Under the pieces are notes generated by a model. That model saw nothing but the letters and a program-made list of their open reading frames with translations, was not told where the DNA came from and did not search any database. Position numbers and translations under genes: made by a program. This document shows positions 62,521-64,000 of a DNA stretch of 64,000 nt, in pieces. Source of the DNA: Patescibacteria group bacterium (GTDB lineage: Bacteria; Patescibacteriota; Patescibacteriia; GWA2-46-9); NCBI GenBank assembly GCA_041660005.1, contig JBAZXG010000004.1:69720-133719 (forward strand), in the 5' to 3' direction. The first letter of the stretch is position 1; every line of letters begins with the position of its first letter.

Positions 62521-63384
62521 TTACTTCGCAATCAGTAGCAATCCAGCGACACCAGCAGCCACCGCCAGGGCTTTGGAAATAATATGCTGCCGCTCCTTTA
62601 GGTAGAAGTAAGCAGCAATGACAACAGCTACCGACAAAAAATCGGTTGCGGCACTAATCACTGAAGCGGTACTCATTTTAAGCGCCAAAACAAAAGCAAT
62701 TGATTTGAGGACACCTGTAGCACCCCAAGTAACCAATGTCTGCCTTGCCCCAAGAGCTTTACTAAAAAGATGTGGAAGTTTTTTGAGTTCCTTGTGGGCT
62801 AATATAGCTCCCCAGGTAATCTGCGCTCCCCAGCCATAGATGAGGTAAGTGCCAAAGTCTACCTGACTCAGCATAAAGCGCTCGTAAGCCACTGCCACGC
62901 CCATAATCACAGCGCTTAATAAGCATATTAAAATACCATTAATACTGACCAGACTTTTTTTATTAAGCTGCGATGATGCGGCGAGGACGCCAGATAAAAT
63001 TAATAACCCTACCCCTAAAAATTGAAGTGTCTTTAAACTTTCATGAAGAAATGGTAAAGCAATGATTAAAGTAAAAATCGGACTCAAATTATTGATGATA
63101 GTAAAAATACCAACATCAACTTTTTTATTTCCTTCAAAGGCGACAATGTTAGCAATTGGCCAAATGAGGCTGCCGCCCAACAAGAACAATAAATTGAGCA
63201 GTCCGACGTTGAGGTTATGTGGGAAGAACCAAAATAAAATGACGGTTGCTGGCAGAAGAAAAAACAAGAAAAATACGGAATTAATCAAACGATTATATTC
63301 TCCAAGCTTCTTAGCGAGCACTTGCCTCAGTAAGTAATTTGCGGTGCCAAAAACAAAATAGAGAAGTACAAGTAGTTGCCACAT
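62521..63384 (-). CDS. EamA/DMT-superfamily transporter
   Basis: 287 aa; 10 TM helices in two EamA-like halves. Confidence 0.75.
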   Translation of the reverse strand: MWQLLVLLYFVFGTANYLLRQVLAKKLGEYNRLINSVFFLFFLLPATVILFWFFPHNLNVGLLNLLFLLGGSLIWPIANIVAFEGNKKVDVGIFTIINNLSPIFTLIIALPFLHESLKTLQFLGVGLLILSGVLAASSQLNKKSLVSINGILICLLSAVIMGVAVAYERFMLSQVDFGTYLIYGWGAQITWGAILAHKELKKLPHLFSKALGARQTLVTWGATGVLKSIAFVLALKMSTASVISAATDFLSVAVVIAAYFYLKERQHIISKALAVAAGVAGLLLIAK

Positions 63385-63406
63385 ATATCTACTATGCTCA
63401 AACTGT

Positions 63407-63727
63407 CTATGGTTTTATATTTTGTACAATCTGCTTGGCTCTGCGGTCAATGTAGGCAGACCCTAAAATACCAAGCGCTGCCACCGCAATACTCACCCCC
63501 ACCAAAATAAACAGGGCGGTAAACAATCTCGTGCCGTCTGAAGTTGGGTGTAAGTCACCGTAGCCGACTGTAGCTAAAGTCGAAACAGTAAAATAAAACG
63601 ACTGAATCCAAGACCAGTTTTCAAACTGGTGATAAACAAGCGTTCCTACGATAATTAACAAAACGAGGGCAGAAATTGCCACCCACCCCCGCGCAATGCT
63701 GTGATGTTTTTGTTCTTCTGTATGCAT
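63407..63727 (-). CDS. two-TM potassium channel (KcsA-like, Ion_trans_2)
   Basis: 106 aa; selectivity filter TVGYGD flanked by TM1 and TM2. Confidence 0.8.
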   Translation of the reverse strand: MHTEEQKHHSIARGWVAISALVLLIIVGTLVYHQFENWSWIQSFYFTVSTLATVGYGDLHPTSDGTRLFTALFILVGVSIAVAALGILGSAYIDRRAKQIVQNIKP

Positions 63728-64000
63728 AAAGTATGTAACTACATTAACAGTAAATGAAAGAAAAAACTATTCACTGAAGTTAAGGACGAGACGTAGTCCG
63801 TCGAACTTAGCAAAAAGACCTGGCTCAAAACGGTCGTGTTTTGAACGTGTTGAAAGCATTGTACTCAACGGTCAAATGACGAAGGGCGGGTCGATCGGGA
63901 GCATAGTTGCCACCGACCGAAACCGCCCCTCTTTGTTCTTCATAGTTTCCCTCTCAACGTGCTTCAGTTAGCACGGTTCTTAGATTCTTGATCTTCTTCA

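Noticed and set aside
1-64000. CRISPR arrays, rRNA, tRNA, transposases, integrases, reverse transcriptases, restriction-modification genes
   Set aside because: No regularly spaced direct repeats, no tRNA T-loop/acceptor patterns in intergenic regions, and no ORF with recognisable transposase, integrase, RT, Cas or DNA-methyltransferase motifs.

Overview
This 64 kb window is a gene-dense bacterial chromosomal segment of roughly 45-48% GC, with almost all genes on the minus strand from 79 to 46621. Most of it is core housekeeping: trxB, an intact mreB-mreC-mreD-mrdA(PBP2) rod-shape operon, archaeal/eukaryotic-type proS, rseP, frr, holB, a Dus enzyme, greA, a metabolic run (ALDH, a TPP/ALS-like enzyme, archaeal-type PEP carboxylase, an aminotransferase, speA-like), cspA, glpX, glnA and a KcsA-like K+ channel. 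Interleaved with these are lineage-specific envelope proteins: a 2909-aa giant surface protein, a 974-aa secreted protein, a Gly-rich tandem-repeat secreted protein, and many small membrane proteins. The gene content (archaeal-type ProRS and PEPC, a TfoX-HAD fusion, a membrane HNH nuclease, giant Ig/FN3-like proteins) is consistent with a Patescibacteria/CPR-like or similarly reduced bacterium; that is inference only. The most unusual signals are four short high-GC (~58-62%) islands in the ~46% GC background: ~9440-10745, ~45120-45760, ~61445-62300, and a fragment at ~63890-63940 at the window edge. Each complete island carries orphan ORFs with canonical AAGGAGG-type RBSs and GGGGCGG...CCGCCCC hairpin terminators. 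Island 1 also contains ~600 nt of ORF-free, heavily base-paired sequence (candidate structured ncRNA). A second GC-rich intergenic element at 19900-20170 holds a 21-bp interrupted perfect hairpin, followed by TTTGACTT direct repeats and a consensus sigma70-like promoter. Other regulatory items include a perfect 24-nt palindrome upstream of proS and a 14-bp inverted-repeat operator in front of an ArsR-family regulator. I found no CRISPR array, rRNA, confidently identifiable tRNA, transposase, reverse transcriptase or restriction-modification genes.
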